A stretch of 38,580 nucleotides of DNA from IMG/VR virus record IMGVR_UViG_3300047546_000907, positions 1 through 38,580 of that record; one strand, 5' to 3'. Position 1 is the stretch's first letter. Each line of letters opens with the position of its first letter. Position numbers and translations under genes: made by a program. Of the stretch, positions 1 to 7,944 are shown one piece after another. The notes under the pieces were generated by a model. The model saw only the letters and a list, made by a program, of their open reading frames with translations, did not search any database and had not been told where the DNA came from. This stretch comes from a virus (Duplodnaviria; Caudoviricetes).

Positions 1-27
1 GTATCACACCTTCGGGCTGCTTGTCAA
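1..27 (-). promoter_or_regulatory. Putative sigma70/HrdB-type promoter inside the terL 3' end
   Basis: TTGACA (27-22), 18-nt spacer ending TGTGA, then TAC... cut by the window edge. Same layout as the promoters at 3378, 13215 and 16178. Confidence 0.45.
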
Positions 28-1714
28 CTTTTGGTCTATCCTTGAAAGTATGGATCTCTACAACCACATCTTGATATTTTGGGGTATAAGAGATTGCTCC
101 AAAAATAGCACCACAGACAGCATCTGCCAAATCTTTAGATTTTTTACGTGGGTGATCAACTTTATCATTTTTCATAATTTTAAGTTCTGTTAACTCATTG
201 AACAGTAGTTCAATTGCTGGCATAACCAGTCTCTCTTCGTAGACCAACATAGCCATATCCTCATAATGTTTTTTAGCAACAGAAACAGTATCCGTCCTCA
301 TTCCTACGGACTGAAGTTCATTTTGAATATCAAATGATTGCCAACGGTCAAACGACACCAATCCAATATTGAAACCAAGTCTTCGAAGGTTTTGAATCCA
401 TTGTTTAACTTCAGATAGGTTTACTGGCCCTTCTGTTTTTGGTTCCCACCAAGCAACGGCATCAACAACAACTATTGGAGATACCTGCTGGTAATCTTTT
501 AATACCTGTACATTTACCCACTTTTCTACGTGTGCAATAGCAACTGCACACTTGTCATGCTTTTGTGCAAGGTCAGCATGTACATAGTAAATTTTGTTTG
601 GATCTGGAACAAATGTTTCTTCAAATCTTCTAAATTGATCCAATGGATTTCGTGCTGTCATACATGCCCTAACTTTATCTGCCTGTTTGAAAAATGCATC
701 AGAGGCAAAAGTTGGTACACAGGCAAAACGTTGCATTGCATCACCCATGTCAGTTAAGAATGCAATTTTAAAATCTTCAACTTTTCTTGTGGGGTTGACT
801 TCCCATGTTGGTCTCTTGAGAGCAAACACACCAGGATACCTGTATGATTTAATGTGGTCTTCATCCCATGAAATTTCAAACCAATTCTCTGGATCATCTT
901 CTGGTAAAAGCGGATTAATGATAAATCTATGTGTTTTTGTTACTGTTTCTTTATCAGCAACTACAGCATCATATCTTTCAGAAATAAAGTCTCCTTGATA
1001 TCTTGGAAATGATAATAGAGCAACCTTTCCCAAATCTGGAAAACGAGAATCCACAGAAGCACGGAATGCCTTATAGATATTATCTGCAGTTTTACCTTGA
1101 TCGTTACCTGTTCCAATTTCCTGAGCAAAACCAGAAATCTCATCAAGAACTGCCATAATCAAGTTCAAACCCTCGTGTGATTCACGTTCTGAGTGACCTG
1201 AGTAAACTGTAATAGATTTATCAAATTCAATAGAGTCTGCTTTAGCGTTAAACTTACCAGCAAACCAAGGGGACTTTTCAATCTTTGTTTTAAAGCCTTT
1301 AAAGAAAACGTTCTTAGCCTGTTGAGCGTTAATAGCAACGTTAATAATATCTATGGCATCTCCAGAAGGTTTTCCATAGTACCGTGCTGGATCTTTAAGA
1401 CAGAGCAACTTATAAACAGTATAAGCACAACCAACTGTAGAAGTAAAATCTTTACCAGAGCCTTTTCCTAATTGTAGAATAATTTCATTTTTTGTATACT
1501 TATCATAATAACGTGCACCCTCTTCTTCACCAAGCAAGGACATCAAATCTTCTTTTTTATAGATTTGACTCATTGCTTGCACGATATCATACTGAACATC
1601 TGATAATCCAGGTTGTGCAAGATAGTCTGGTGACTCTACAAATGTTTTTACATCTACTGGTACTTCTTCAAAATGATCGTCTTGAAGTGCCAATAAAAAA
1701 TCATTGAACTCCAT
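1..1714 (-). CDS. terL: Terminase large subunit (3' end runs off the window; not in the ORF track)
   Basis: Manual translation from ATG at 1714: MEFNDFLLALQDDHFEE..., Walker A LGKGSGKD, Walker B MAVLDE, nuclease motifs HADLAQKHD, FDRWQS and DHPRKKSKDLADA. The same frame is still open at position 2 (571 codons). Confidence 0.93.
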   Translation of the reverse strand, partial: MEFNDFLLALQDDHFEEVPVDVKTFVESPDYLAQPGLSDVQYDIVQAMSQIYKKEDLMSLLGEEEGARYYDKYTKNEIILQLGKGSGKDFTSTVGCAYTVYKLLCLKDPARYYGKPSGDAIDIINVAINAQQAKNVFFKGFKTKIEKSPWFAGKFNAKADSIEFDKSITVYSGHSERESHEGLNLIMAVLDEISGFAQEIGTGNDQGKTADNIYKAFRASVDSRFPDLGKVALLSFPRYQGDFISERYDAVVADKETVTKTHRFIINPLLPEDDPENWFEISWDEDHIKSYRYPGVFALKRPTWEVNPTRKVEDFKIAFLTDMGDAMQRFACVPTFASDAFFKQADKVRACMTARNPLDQFRRFEETFVPDPNKIYYVHADLAQKHDKCAVAIAHVEKWVNVQVLKDYQQVSPIVVVDAVAWWEPKTEGPVNLSEVKQWIQNLRRLGFNIGLVSFDRWQSFDIQNELQSVGMRTDTVSVAKKHYEDMAMLVYEERLVMPAIELLFNELTELKIMKNDKVDHPRKKSKDLADAVCGAIFGAISYTPKYQDVVVEIHTFKDRPKVDKQPEGVI

Positions 1715-2237
1715 TAACCACCGTAATCACTTCATTTTCTTTTGCAATAGCGGATAGTCTACGCATGATATCATCACGAACTTCTGGATACTCAGATGCA
1801 ATATCTTTTAAAATTCCAACAAGGATTTCCTGTCGTCTTTCAATCTCAACCATCTCTTCAGCCAATTCTTTATTTTCAAGTAGACCTGCTTTTTGTAGCA
1901 TATCAATACGTTTAGACTCTATATCCATAACAAGTTTAATTGCTGCTGTCTTTGCTCCAAGGTTATTAGTCATAGATGCTTCATCAATAACTTCATATGA
2001 CTTTGTTATTAATTTACTGTAATGTGCATCAGCACCTACCAATGCCTCTTTTGCTCTTGCTCTAATAACAGCGTTATCAGAAGCCATCTGCTTCCATTCA
2101 TCAATGTAAGCAACTACTCGTGTGCGTGGAATAGCCAACTCTTTAGAAATTTGTGTTGGATCATTTCCCTTTAGGTACTCAGAAACCACATTATTAACTT
2201 GATCTAAATGATTAACCAGGTCTTCTTCTGCCGTCAC
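1701..2237 (-). CDS. Probable terminase small subunit (N-terminal HTH plus coiled coil)
   Basis: HTH-like DPTQISKELAIPRTRVVAYI followed by long helices. Lies directly upstream of terL and overlaps it. GTG start overlaps the upstream TGA. Confidence 0.7.
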   Translation of the reverse strand: MTAEEDLVNHLDQVNNVVSEYLKGNDPTQISKELAIPRTRVVAYIDEWKQMASDNAVIRARAKEALVGADAHYSKLITKSYEVIDEASMTNNLGAKTAAIKLVMDIESKRIDMLQKAGLLENKELAEEMVEIERRQEILVGILKDIASEYPEVRDDIMRRLSAIAKENEVITVVNGVQ

Positions 2238-3013
2238 TTTAAACTCTTTTCCATATATCTATTATACATGATTTCGGCCCATGTTGAGTGGTAGCCATTT
2301 CCATAATGCAGGCCATCTCTAGCATTCATTGCATACTCATCATCTGGATTTTCTATTATATATTTGGCAACCATGTCATCGTTTAAAATATTAACATAAC
2401 AGTTTAAATCTTGATAATGATTAAAATTGGATCTGGTTGCCCATGTACCATAAATTAAATTAATATTATTTGATTTACAGTATCTTTCTAACATAAAAAT
2501 ATATTGATATTCTATTAGTGGAATTGTATGCCAGAGTTCTTCTGAAATTTCTTCTGGCTCATGGATATTAACATATATATGTTTTTGTATTGCTGTGTCA
2601 AAAGAAACAAATCTTCTTGATACTGGAAAATTAATAAATATTACATTTGGTTTGCCATATGATTCAATATACTTATAAATATTAAAAACAATAGCAATAA
2701 TTCCTAATCCAGGGGCACCTATATTAAAAAATCCAGAAGTATTTTCTTTGTGATGAATTTTGTCATAAAGTCTTTTTGCCCAAATTTCATGCTCCTCTAA
2801 GCCATCACCAAAAGTATTAGAGCATCCAGCAAATAAAATATGAAGTCCAGCATGTTCTGTAGTAAAATCATCCGATCTATACTTATGCTTATTTAATCTA
2901 ATTTTAGGATTATGTAGGTAGGGGTGTGCCTGTATTTTGGGAAAATCCTTTTTAAAAGGAAAGGCTATTTCCCTGTAGACAGAGCCACTATTGATATCAA
3001 ACATATCAGGCAT
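2234..3013 (-). CDS. SGNH/GDSL hydrolase-like protein (esterase/acetylesterase), accessory gene
   Basis: Block I FAGCSNTFGDG, block II NIGAPGLG, block V DGLHY. Visibly AT-rich. Confidence 0.7.
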   Translation of the reverse strand: MPDMFDINSGSVYREIAFPFKKDFPKIQAHPYLHNPKIRLNKHKYRSDDFTTEHAGLHILFAGCSNTFGDGLEEHEIWAKRLYDKIHHKENTSGFFNIGAPGLGIIAIVFNIYKYIESYGKPNVIFINFPVSRRFVSFDTAIQKHIYVNIHEPEEISEELWHTIPLIEYQYIFMLERYCKSNNINLIYGTWATRSNFNHYQDLNCYVNILNDDMVAKYIIENPDDEYAMNARDGLHYGNGYHSTWAEIMYNRYMEKSLK

Positions 3014-3239
3014 TTTGCAATCTTTCTATCTCATCTTTAATATAAAAAATTGCTTTCTGTAAATCTTCGATATGCTTCTTATCATCTTTAAGTCCTGCTC
3101 TCCAAAGATATTTAAAAGCATTACCAATATTAAAGTTACGATGTCTGGTAATTTGAATACATTCAACTCCAGATGGATCGCTAGTGTAATGCAGTGGGTG
3201 ATTAACTTGATCTACCGTAATGTTAAATTTATCTGTCAT
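3006..3239 (-). CDS. DUF3310 / SaV-like protein
   Basis: Family signature VNHPxHY...ECI...GNAFKYLWRAGLK...EDLQKAIFYI. Confidence 0.85.
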   Translation of the reverse strand: MTDKFNITVDQVNHPLHYTSDPSGVECIQITRHRNFNIGNAFKYLWRAGLKDDKKHIEDLQKAIFYIKDEIERLQNA

Positions 3240-3391
3240 CGTCTGCTCTTTCTCAGTTTAAATTTAGCCAAATATGTGTAGATAGTTTCTACACTTGCTC
3301 CACACTCTTTGGCAATTTCTTGTGGAGTTTTTTTATCCACAATAAAACGTTTTTTAAGCCACGTTTCGTTTGTATATAGTCTAGCACTCAT
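3236..3391 (-). CDS. Small HTH DNA-binding protein, 51 aa (below the ORF-track cutoff)
   Basis: MSARLYTNETWLKKRFIVDKKTPQEIAKECGASVETIYTYLAKFKLRKSRR. Classic HTH (PQEIAKECGASVETIY). Fills the gap exactly, with an ATGA overlap into the next gene. Confidence 0.85.
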   Translation of the reverse strand: MSARLYTNETWLKKRFIVDKKTPQEIAKECGASVETIYTYLAKFKLRKSRR

Positions 3392-3406
3392 CTTCTTTTT
3401 TGTCAA
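3378..3406 (-). promoter_or_regulatory. Putative promoter TTGACA-N17-TAGACT with TGn extension
   Basis: TTGACA at 3406-3401, 17-nt spacer ending TGC, TAGACT at 3383-3378. Confidence 0.6.
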
Positions 3407-3572
3407 CTAGTTCCATCTGTTTTAATTTATCCCAATATCCATTCTTGTTGCCCTCGTATACTTGACCAGTTTCTCTATCAATTAAGATCCATTTTGTAGG
3501 TGCTTTTGTTTTTACAACTAAAAATACTGGCTCATCTTCTTCTGGAAAACTAAATGGTTGTCTATTAGTCAT
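3381..3572 (-). CDS. Hypothetical protein, 63 aa
   Basis: Likely start MTNRQPF at 3572 (ATGA overlap with the upstream stop) rather than 3590. Compact beta-rich sequence KWILIDRETGQVYEG. Confidence 0.7.
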   Translation of the reverse strand: MTNRQPFSFPEEDEPVFLVVKTKAPTKWILIDRETGQVYEGNKNGYWDKLKQMELVDKKEDEC

Positions 3573-4135
3573 GCAAAAGCCTTCTCCCAATTATTTAATG
3601 CCCAATGACCTATGCCACAAGCATCCGCTACATCATAGTCATTTATTGTTTTATCATAAATAACATCTATTAATTTAATAGTTCTTTTTTTCCTATAGTC
3701 TCTTTCAAAACCTTTGTACCAAGAATCTGATTTTCCAGGATTTTGTTGTCTTAATACAAATTGCTCTTCCTTGGTTAATCTTTTATTTCCTAGGTAGTTC
3801 TGCCATGTGATTGGAGACACCTTACCAATACCCTTGATTCCAACGACTCCAGCAGCACCAATAATTGCACCCTGAACCAAAGCCAGATCAGCAGCGGTCT
3901 TTGGACTATTCATAAAAACTGTATGCTCAATAATTAAATGCTCAGTGTTATCAAATAGTGGATTCTTAAAAAAAGCCTGAACCTTTTGAGATGCATCAAT
4001 ACATTTCTGATAAATATCTTTGCCCTCAAAAGTTATTTTTCCAACTAATTCTATTTTGCCAAAAACAAAAAGACAAAAAGCAATGCTGTTGGTGCTTGCA
4101 TCGATAGATACAAACTTTGACGGTTTTTGTTTCAT
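3569..4135 (-). CDS. ruvC: RuvC-like Holliday junction resolvase
   Basis: RNase H-fold motifs SIDASTNSIA, LIIEH, LALVQGAI, SPITWQ and DYDVADACGI. Confidence 0.85.
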   Translation of the reverse strand: MKQKPSKFVSIDASTNSIAFCLFVFGKIELVGKITFEGKDIYQKCIDASQKVQAFFKNPLFDNTEHLIIEHTVFMNSPKTAADLALVQGAIIGAAGVVGIKGIGKVSPITWQNYLGNKRLTKEEQFVLRQQNPGKSDSWYKGFERDYRKKRTIKLIDVIYDKTINDYDVADACGIGHWALNNWEKAFA

Positions 4136-4407
4136 TTGCTGTTTCCTTTAATCTGTTTTAAAGCCTTTATAACTTCATTTGGATTAACGTTGCATTTAAT
4201 ACATAAAAGATCATCGTTATATATAGAAAGTGGTGATCCACATGCCTTACATTTACGATTTTTACCTTTTCTTTTTTGTCTTCTTGTAACAAGGTAACGC
4301 TGCGCTATTTTTTGTTTTGTAGCAGCAGCCCTACACTCATCTGAGCAATATACCTGATAGGTTATTGCTGTAAAAAATTCAGTATCACACCAGTTACAAT
4401 GTTTCAT
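4132..4407 (-). CDS. Cys-rich Zn-finger protein
   Basis: CNWC, YCSDEC, CKAC and CIKC (two Zn sites), with a basic linker. Confidence 0.75.
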   Translation of the reverse strand: MKHCNWCDTEFFTAITYQVYCSDECRAAATKQKIAQRYLVTRRQKRKGKNRKCKACGSPLSIYNDDLLCIKCNVNPNEVIKALKQIKGNSK

Positions 4408-5245
4408 TCCCTAACAACTCCAGAGGTTTAATTTTAACTACCCCTGCTTCGGCCTCAGCGCATGCCTTCTGGATCGGACATACCTTGCAAATTTTTGAGT
4501 TTGCACGATATGTTTTTTGTGGAAGTTCTTTGTTCTCCCAAGACTTCCTAACCGTTCTCATCCAATCAAACGCTTGGTCTACCCACCTGCGGTAATGATC
4601 GCTTACTTGAACAGGAATAACCATTAATTCATGGTTATTTTTATTCTCGTAAATCAAAGCACCTAAATCTTTTTTAAGTATCTTCATATACATAATAAGT
4701 TGCATTAGGTGTCCATCTTTTGGTTTTTTACTTGCTTTTTTATATTCAAAACCTTCATTTGGCATTGTTTTAATTTCACCAAGGATGGTCTTGCCCTTAT
4801 AATTCAACATCACATCTCCATACCCAGAAATAGGTGGATCCTGATATTTAATTCTAAACTCAAGTGCAGGGTGCTTTTGTGTCTTATATTTGCTTGGCTC
4901 TGGATCAAACTCCATTGTCTCATCTAATAGCCCAGCATCCATAATAGCGTCCTGGATTCTATCGTGGCTCAATGTTCCACTTGTTCTATTGGCTACACCA
5001 TATGCATCTGCATTGTCATGAAAAATTGCTCCCTCAAATGCTAAATACCAATACCTTGCACATTCTCCAGCACCATAAGTTAATGTTGATGGAGCAAAGG
5101 TTGTTTTCTTTTGAAAACGTGGTTTAATTTTTGCAGTATACCCAGAATTTATTGCATCAACTAATCCTTCAGTAAAATCTTCTTCATCACTTATTTTTTT
5201 AGGCTCTGATTTAATCATTACCTGTTTTAATAGATTTTTTGTCAT
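4394..5245 (-). CDS. cas4: Cas4-like / RecB-family PD-(D/E)XK exonuclease with 4Fe-4S ligands
   Basis: N-terminal GECARY, GTLSH, GYGD..EIKT, HLMQLIMY, and C-terminal CKVCPIQKAC. Confidence 0.87.
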   Translation of the reverse strand: MTKNLLKQVMIKSEPKKISDEEDFTEGLVDAINSGYTAKIKPRFQKKTTFAPSTLTYGAGECARYWYLAFEGAIFHDNADAYGVANRTSGTLSHDRIQDAIMDAGLLDETMEFDPEPSKYKTQKHPALEFRIKYQDPPISGYGDVMLNYKGKTILGEIKTMPNEGFEYKKASKKPKDGHLMQLIMYMKILKKDLGALIYENKNNHELMVIPVQVSDHYRRWVDQAFDWMRTVRKSWENKELPQKTYRANSKICKVCPIQKACAEAEAGVVKIKPLELLGNETL

Positions 5246-5250
5246 TTTTA

Positions 5251-5565
5251 TTATCGAGTAATATATTTAAGAGCAGAAACTAAATCGTTAATTGATTCGG
5301 CTGCTGTGTAATAAATATTCTTTTTTGCTCTATCTCCTTTATCTACGTTAGTCATCCATGTTGCTTTAAAAGCCATTTTTGCTGCGATTGCTTGCAATCT
5401 TACTATCTCAATTGTAGCAGTATTGATTGGAATATCTGGTTTAATAATTAACTTAGCAATAAAGGTTAGGGCAGTTGTTAATTCTTCATCTTGCATAAAT
5501 TCTGCAACCTCTGCAAGTCCATTTACCATTTCAAGAGTTGTTTTATTTGGTGCCTCAATTGTCAT
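5251..5565 (-). CDS. Hypothetical helical protein in the recombination module
   Basis: 104-aa ORF with a TAATG overlap and an upstream GAGGT SD-like sequence. No recognised catalytic motif. Confidence 0.75.
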   Translation of the reverse strand: MTIEAPNKTTLEMVNGLAEVAEFMQDEELTTALTFIAKLIIKPDIPINTATIEIVRLQAIAAKMAFKATWMTNVDKGDRAKKNIYYTAAESINDLVSALKYITR

Positions 5566-6350
5566 TACATTGACCTCATATCTATTCCATTTAACACACC
5601 TTCGTCATTCCATAATTTAAAGGCTGCCATCATATCTGATCGTGATTGTAATTCATCTAAATACTTTTTACGTTCATTTGGAGATTTTTCTGGATCAATG
5701 GGATTGTCTTCACCAGTAAATCTATAGTTGTTTGTAGGACAGTAATCCATGCTAATAATTTCACAGAATTCACCATCATTAAATCTGCGTTTTGGTCGCC
5801 AATGAATTTGATTTACTGCACTAAACACAATAGTTTGTCCAGCACTTAAAGAATACTTAGTAAACTTTCCAGTGTCATTCCAGTTACCAACATATAAATC
5901 CCACTCAACATTTGTATCTAAGCAATAGTTAATTGTTACTAAGTTTTCATCTGCATCTAAATGTGGTGGCAGGGATGGATGATTATCTCCATAACCCCAT
6001 TTACGATTATAGTCAATATAATTATAATGACATAATGCAATATCTCCATTGTAAAGTGGCTTAGCAATCTTGTCTAAGGTATCTTCACAGTCCTTGGGCA
6101 TATCAAACTCAATTAACATTCTAGACATGTTCTTTGCAATCTTTGGCTGATATCTACTTCTAAAATCAGATGTTCTAATATAGCCATCTTCAATTCTATC
6201 CCCAATAACAAATGGTTCAATTTTTCTATTTTCTTCAATCAAATTTCTTAAACTATTAATCTGATCAATAGAAAAAAGATTGTCTACATAAAATGGTAAA
6301 GGTTTATTATATTTATCAAATCCAGTAAGATAATCATGCAGTTTTCTCAT
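5565..6350 (-). CDS. 2OG-Fe(II) dioxygenase-like protein (paralog 3)
   Basis: LPPHLD...INYCL...W...QIHWR (HxD...H triad). Start moved to ATG at 6350, which follows GGAGG; the ORF track gives 6404. Confidence 0.75.
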   Translation of the reverse strand: MRKLHDYLTGFDKYNKPLPFYVDNLFSIDQINSLRNLIEENRKIEPFVIGDRIEDGYIRTSDFRSRYQPKIAKNMSRMLIEFDMPKDCEDTLDKIAKPLYNGDIALCHYNYIDYNRKWGYGDNHPSLPPHLDADENLVTINYCLDTNVEWDLYVGNWNDTGKFTKYSLSAGQTIVFSAVNQIHWRPKRRFNDGEFCEIISMDYCPTNNYRFTGEDNPIDPEKSPNERKKYLDELQSRSDMMAAFKLWNDEGVLNGIDMRSM

Positions 6351-6942
6351 TAGAGAATCCTCCGTTTGCATAATACCAATCATGATAAACTTTTGCTTTT
6401 GCATCTATAAACTTTTTTGCAGCCTCATCTTTTAGTGGCATTGTTGGATCTGTAAAATGACAGAATATCATTTCTACATATTGATCATCAGCAAATTGTT
6501 TTGGCTCTCTCCAATGAATCTGATGTGTGCCAGAAAATGTTGCTGCTTGATTATTTGATAAAGATAAAGGTCTGTGTTCGACTAAAATAGTCCACTCAAT
6601 ATTTCCATCTAATTGATAGTCAAAAGTGAATCTTGGTTCTTTGAAGGTTTCATCATAGTGTGGAAATAGTGATGGACGAAACTTTTTTCCATCTTTTTCA
6701 GTATTTTTATATATTGCATGACAGTATTCAGTTAAAACAACATTATCATTATTGCTGATGATCCTTGCATGTTGTGTGAACTTATCCACAATATTTTGTG
6801 GCAACTGTATAAAATTGTTTAATTGACAGTGTGGAGCCACAAATGCAGAACCAGTGCTTGCAGCAACTGACCCCTTAATCTGGACAACCTCTTCCTCTGT
6901 AAAAACATTATCTACTACTACATTTGGTATATCGTATCTCAT
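6334..6942 (-). CDS. 2OG-Fe(II) dioxygenase-like protein (paralog 2)
   Basis: N-terminal VVDNVFTEEEV typical of the superfamily; LFPHYD...FDYQL...W...QIHWR; AGGAG SD. Confidence 0.78.
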   Translation of the reverse strand: MRYDIPNVVVDNVFTEEEVVQIKGSVAASTGSAFVAPHCQLNNFIQLPQNIVDKFTQHARIISNNDNVVLTEYCHAIYKNTEKDGKKFRPSLFPHYDETFKEPRFTFDYQLDGNIEWTILVEHRPLSLSNNQAATFSGTHQIHWREPKQFADDQYVEMIFCHFTDPTMPLKDEAAKKFIDAKAKVYHDWYYANGGFSNEKTA

Positions 6943-6962
6943 TTTTTCTCCTAGTTATTACT

Positions 6963-6970
6963 ATTATACA
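6963..6970 (-). promoter_or_regulatory. Putative -10 element (TG-TATAAT) upstream of the dioxygenase pair
   Basis: TATAAT at 6968-6963, 20 nt upstream of the ATG. No clear -35. Confidence 0.4.
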
Positions 6971-7248
6971 GCATCAATCAGTTGCTCTAGCATCTCTAAT
7001 TCTATAATTGCTAATCTTACTTTTGCGTTGCCTTCGCCCAATACTACAAAAATTGCTGGATCGTTTCCGTTACGAATAGCATCAGTTACTGCTTTTGCCC
7101 AATTATCCTTATTTACTGTAAAACCCTTTGGATATTCTTTAAAATCTACAGTAAAGTTATGCCAGGTGGCATCCCCCTTTTTGGTATTTCTACCAGAGTT
7201 TTTGTGCTGCTTAGCACCAATTCTTTTACTCTCCGTCTGTTCGCTCAT
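6964..7248 (-). CDS. Small PD-(D/E)XK endonuclease, Hjc-like resolvase candidate
   Basis: ESKRIGAKQHKNSG...KGDA...VDFKE motif. Likely start MSEQ at 7248; the ORF track gives 7272. Confidence 0.65.
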   Translation of the reverse strand: MSEQTESKRIGAKQHKNSGRNTKKGDATWHNFTVDFKEYPKGFTVNKDNWAKAVTDAIRNGNDPAIFVVLGEGNAKVRLAIIELEMLEQLIDAV

Positions 7249-7408
7249 AATCTTTTTTCTTCCTTTTTGCAAAAGAAACTTTGCTCAAATGCTTTTCTTT
7301 GCACATCCACGTTGCTTCTTTTGTTTCTGCATATAACCTTAAAGTTGGTACTTCCATCTTACATGTATGGCACACAAATTTACCAGAATAAACTGTATAA
7401 GATGCCAT
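7226..7408 (-). CDS. Small Zn-ribbon protein
   Basis: CHTC...CKEKH, 60 aa, TAATG coupling with the upstream gene. Confidence 0.7.
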   Translation of the reverse strand: MASYTVYSGKFVCHTCKMEVPTLRLYAETKEATWMCKEKHLSKVSFAKRKKKDYERTDGE

Positions 7409-7944
7409 TATGCTTGTGAGCCAAATCTAAAAAATACCATTTTAATAAACTCATCATTTGTAAAAATTTTGTCTACTCTAGAATGCGATTGCCTGACTGG
7501 ATCCATTACCAATGCATCATTGTCTCTTAATGTATATATCTCATCGTCTATACATATGTCCCAACTAGTATTTGATTCTAATTGATAGTTAATCATTAAG
7601 GATGAGTCACCACCGTCTTTATGTGATCTTAAAACTGGTTTACCATATTTTCCAGAATACTCTACCGCCATAATACCATCGGGCTTTATAGAGTGATGAT
7701 TTAAACCATCTAGTTCATCTGCTATTTTTTTAATAGAAGTCATTACCAATTTGGGCACATTCAATTTTTCAACATCTAAACGACCCATAAATTTATGTAC
7801 TACAGTTTTTGTATTTTGTCCTTCAAAATATCCTGGATCATCTAAATATATTATTTCACGAGAATTTTGTTCTTTTTCAATAAATGATTTTAGCAAAAAG
7901 ACCTGTTCTTCTGATAAAACGTTTTTTACAATATACGGTTTCAT
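7408..7944 (-). CDS. 2OG-Fe(II) dioxygenase-like protein (paralog 1)
   Basis: MKPYIVKNVLSEE; LRSHKD...INYQL...W...QSHSR. Confidence 0.75.
   Translation of the reverse strand: MKPYIVKNVLSEEQVFLLKSFIEKEQNSREIIYLDDPGYFEGQNTKTVVHKFMGRLDVEKLNVPKLVMTSIKKIADELDGLNHHSIKPDGIMAVEYSGKYGKPVLRSHKDGGDSSLMINYQLESNTSWDICIDDEIYTLRDNDALVMDPVRQSHSRVDKIFTNDEFIKMVFFRFGSQA

Noticed and set aside
4394-5245. CRISPR-Cas system suggested by cas4
   Set aside because: No repeat-spacer array and no other cas genes seen in the window.
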